A stretch of DNA of 63,888 nucleotides, counting the filler, from Choristocarpus tenellus KU-1152 (taxonomy: Eukaryota > Protista > Phaeophyceae): assembly GCA_964200185.2 (NCBI GenBank). It is 10 parts of 10 records of this genome, joined end to end, with 100 filler letters (N's around TTAATTAATTAA, not from the genome) between each part and the next. Parts side by side here need not be neighbours in the genome. Positions count along the whole stretch, not along the records: positions 60,095 to 63,888 come from CAXNAD020017880.1; 9 more parts are not named here. One strand, given 5' to 3'. How positions within the stretch are numbered: position 1 is the first letter of the stretch; each line of letters opens with the position of its first letter. The notes beneath the pieces were generated by a model. The model was not told where the DNA came from and ran no database searches. It worked only from the letters and a program-made list of their open reading frames with translations. Positions 63,535 to 63,888 of this stretch are shown piece by piece. Position numbers and translations under genes: made by a program.

Positions 63535-63792
63535 GAGCCAAAGTATCTTAGTGGGTAGGGCCGCGTCCATTTGGGTCAAATATCCAATGTTGAGGCTTTG
63601 ATGTAATTTGGCTATCGGGATTGTTAGGAAGTGTCCATATCCTTGTTCCGGACACGCTTCTTCATAACATACACATTTCACCTACCCCAAAACATTTTGG
63701 AGTAGGAAAATGTCACAAAAAACCCCGTGAAAAGCCAAGCCCCAAAATGGACAAACAGGGCAAAACTCGTACCCTCTAAGATACTTTTGCTC
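63535..63792. mobile_element. MITE family B
   Basis: GAGCCAAAGTATCTTAG...CTAAGATACTTTTGCTC with 3-bp TSD TTG. Confidence 0.9.
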
Positions 63793-63888
63793 TTGGTGCA
63801 TAGATCATTGCACTGACCCAAAGTATGGGGGGGGGGGGGCCTCCACCGGGGAATCCATTTGGGCCACCACCAGGCAAGGGCACTTACG

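Noticed and set aside
1972-63888. Recurring ~175-bp hairpin-forming repeat as a CRISPR array, ncRNA or SINE
   Set aside because: It is dispersed in both orientations with TIRs and TSDs. It has no regular spacers, Pol III boxes or poly-A tail, so it is a MITE.

Overview
Eukaryotic, intron-rich DNA, most likely from a brown alga or related ochrophyte. This is an inference from GT/GC-AG introns, scattered TTAGGG runs, a bipartite plastid presequence, and FNIP and Gly-rich proteins. The window is not continuous. It consists of 10 contigs joined by identical 100-bp spacers (44 N + TTAATTAATTAA + 44 N), so adjacency across a spacer is unproven. Most ORFs in the supplied track are not real genes. 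Spliced gene models rebuilt by hand: ankyrin plus 14 TRAF-type zinc fingers (minus strand, two GC-AG introns); a C2-like Gly-rich protein; an intronless FNIP-repeat protein; a 2OG-Fe(II) oxygenase head-to-head with an SH3b-like/DHHC acyltransferase; a coiled-coil protein; a La-motif protein head-to-head with a complete plastid-targeted RRM gene; a JmjC/Cys-rich protein; a Kelch/coiled-coil/FN3/Tudor-like protein; and ATAD3. There is also a decayed Copia integrase. The strongest non-genic signal is about 27 copies or fragments of five MITE families with different bodies but shared G(A/G)(G/C)(T/C)CAAAGTA-like termini and variable 3-bp target-site duplications. CpG is depleted in gene bodies and retained near 5' ends. 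No rRNA, tRNA or CRISPR was found. All coordinates and counts were read by eye.
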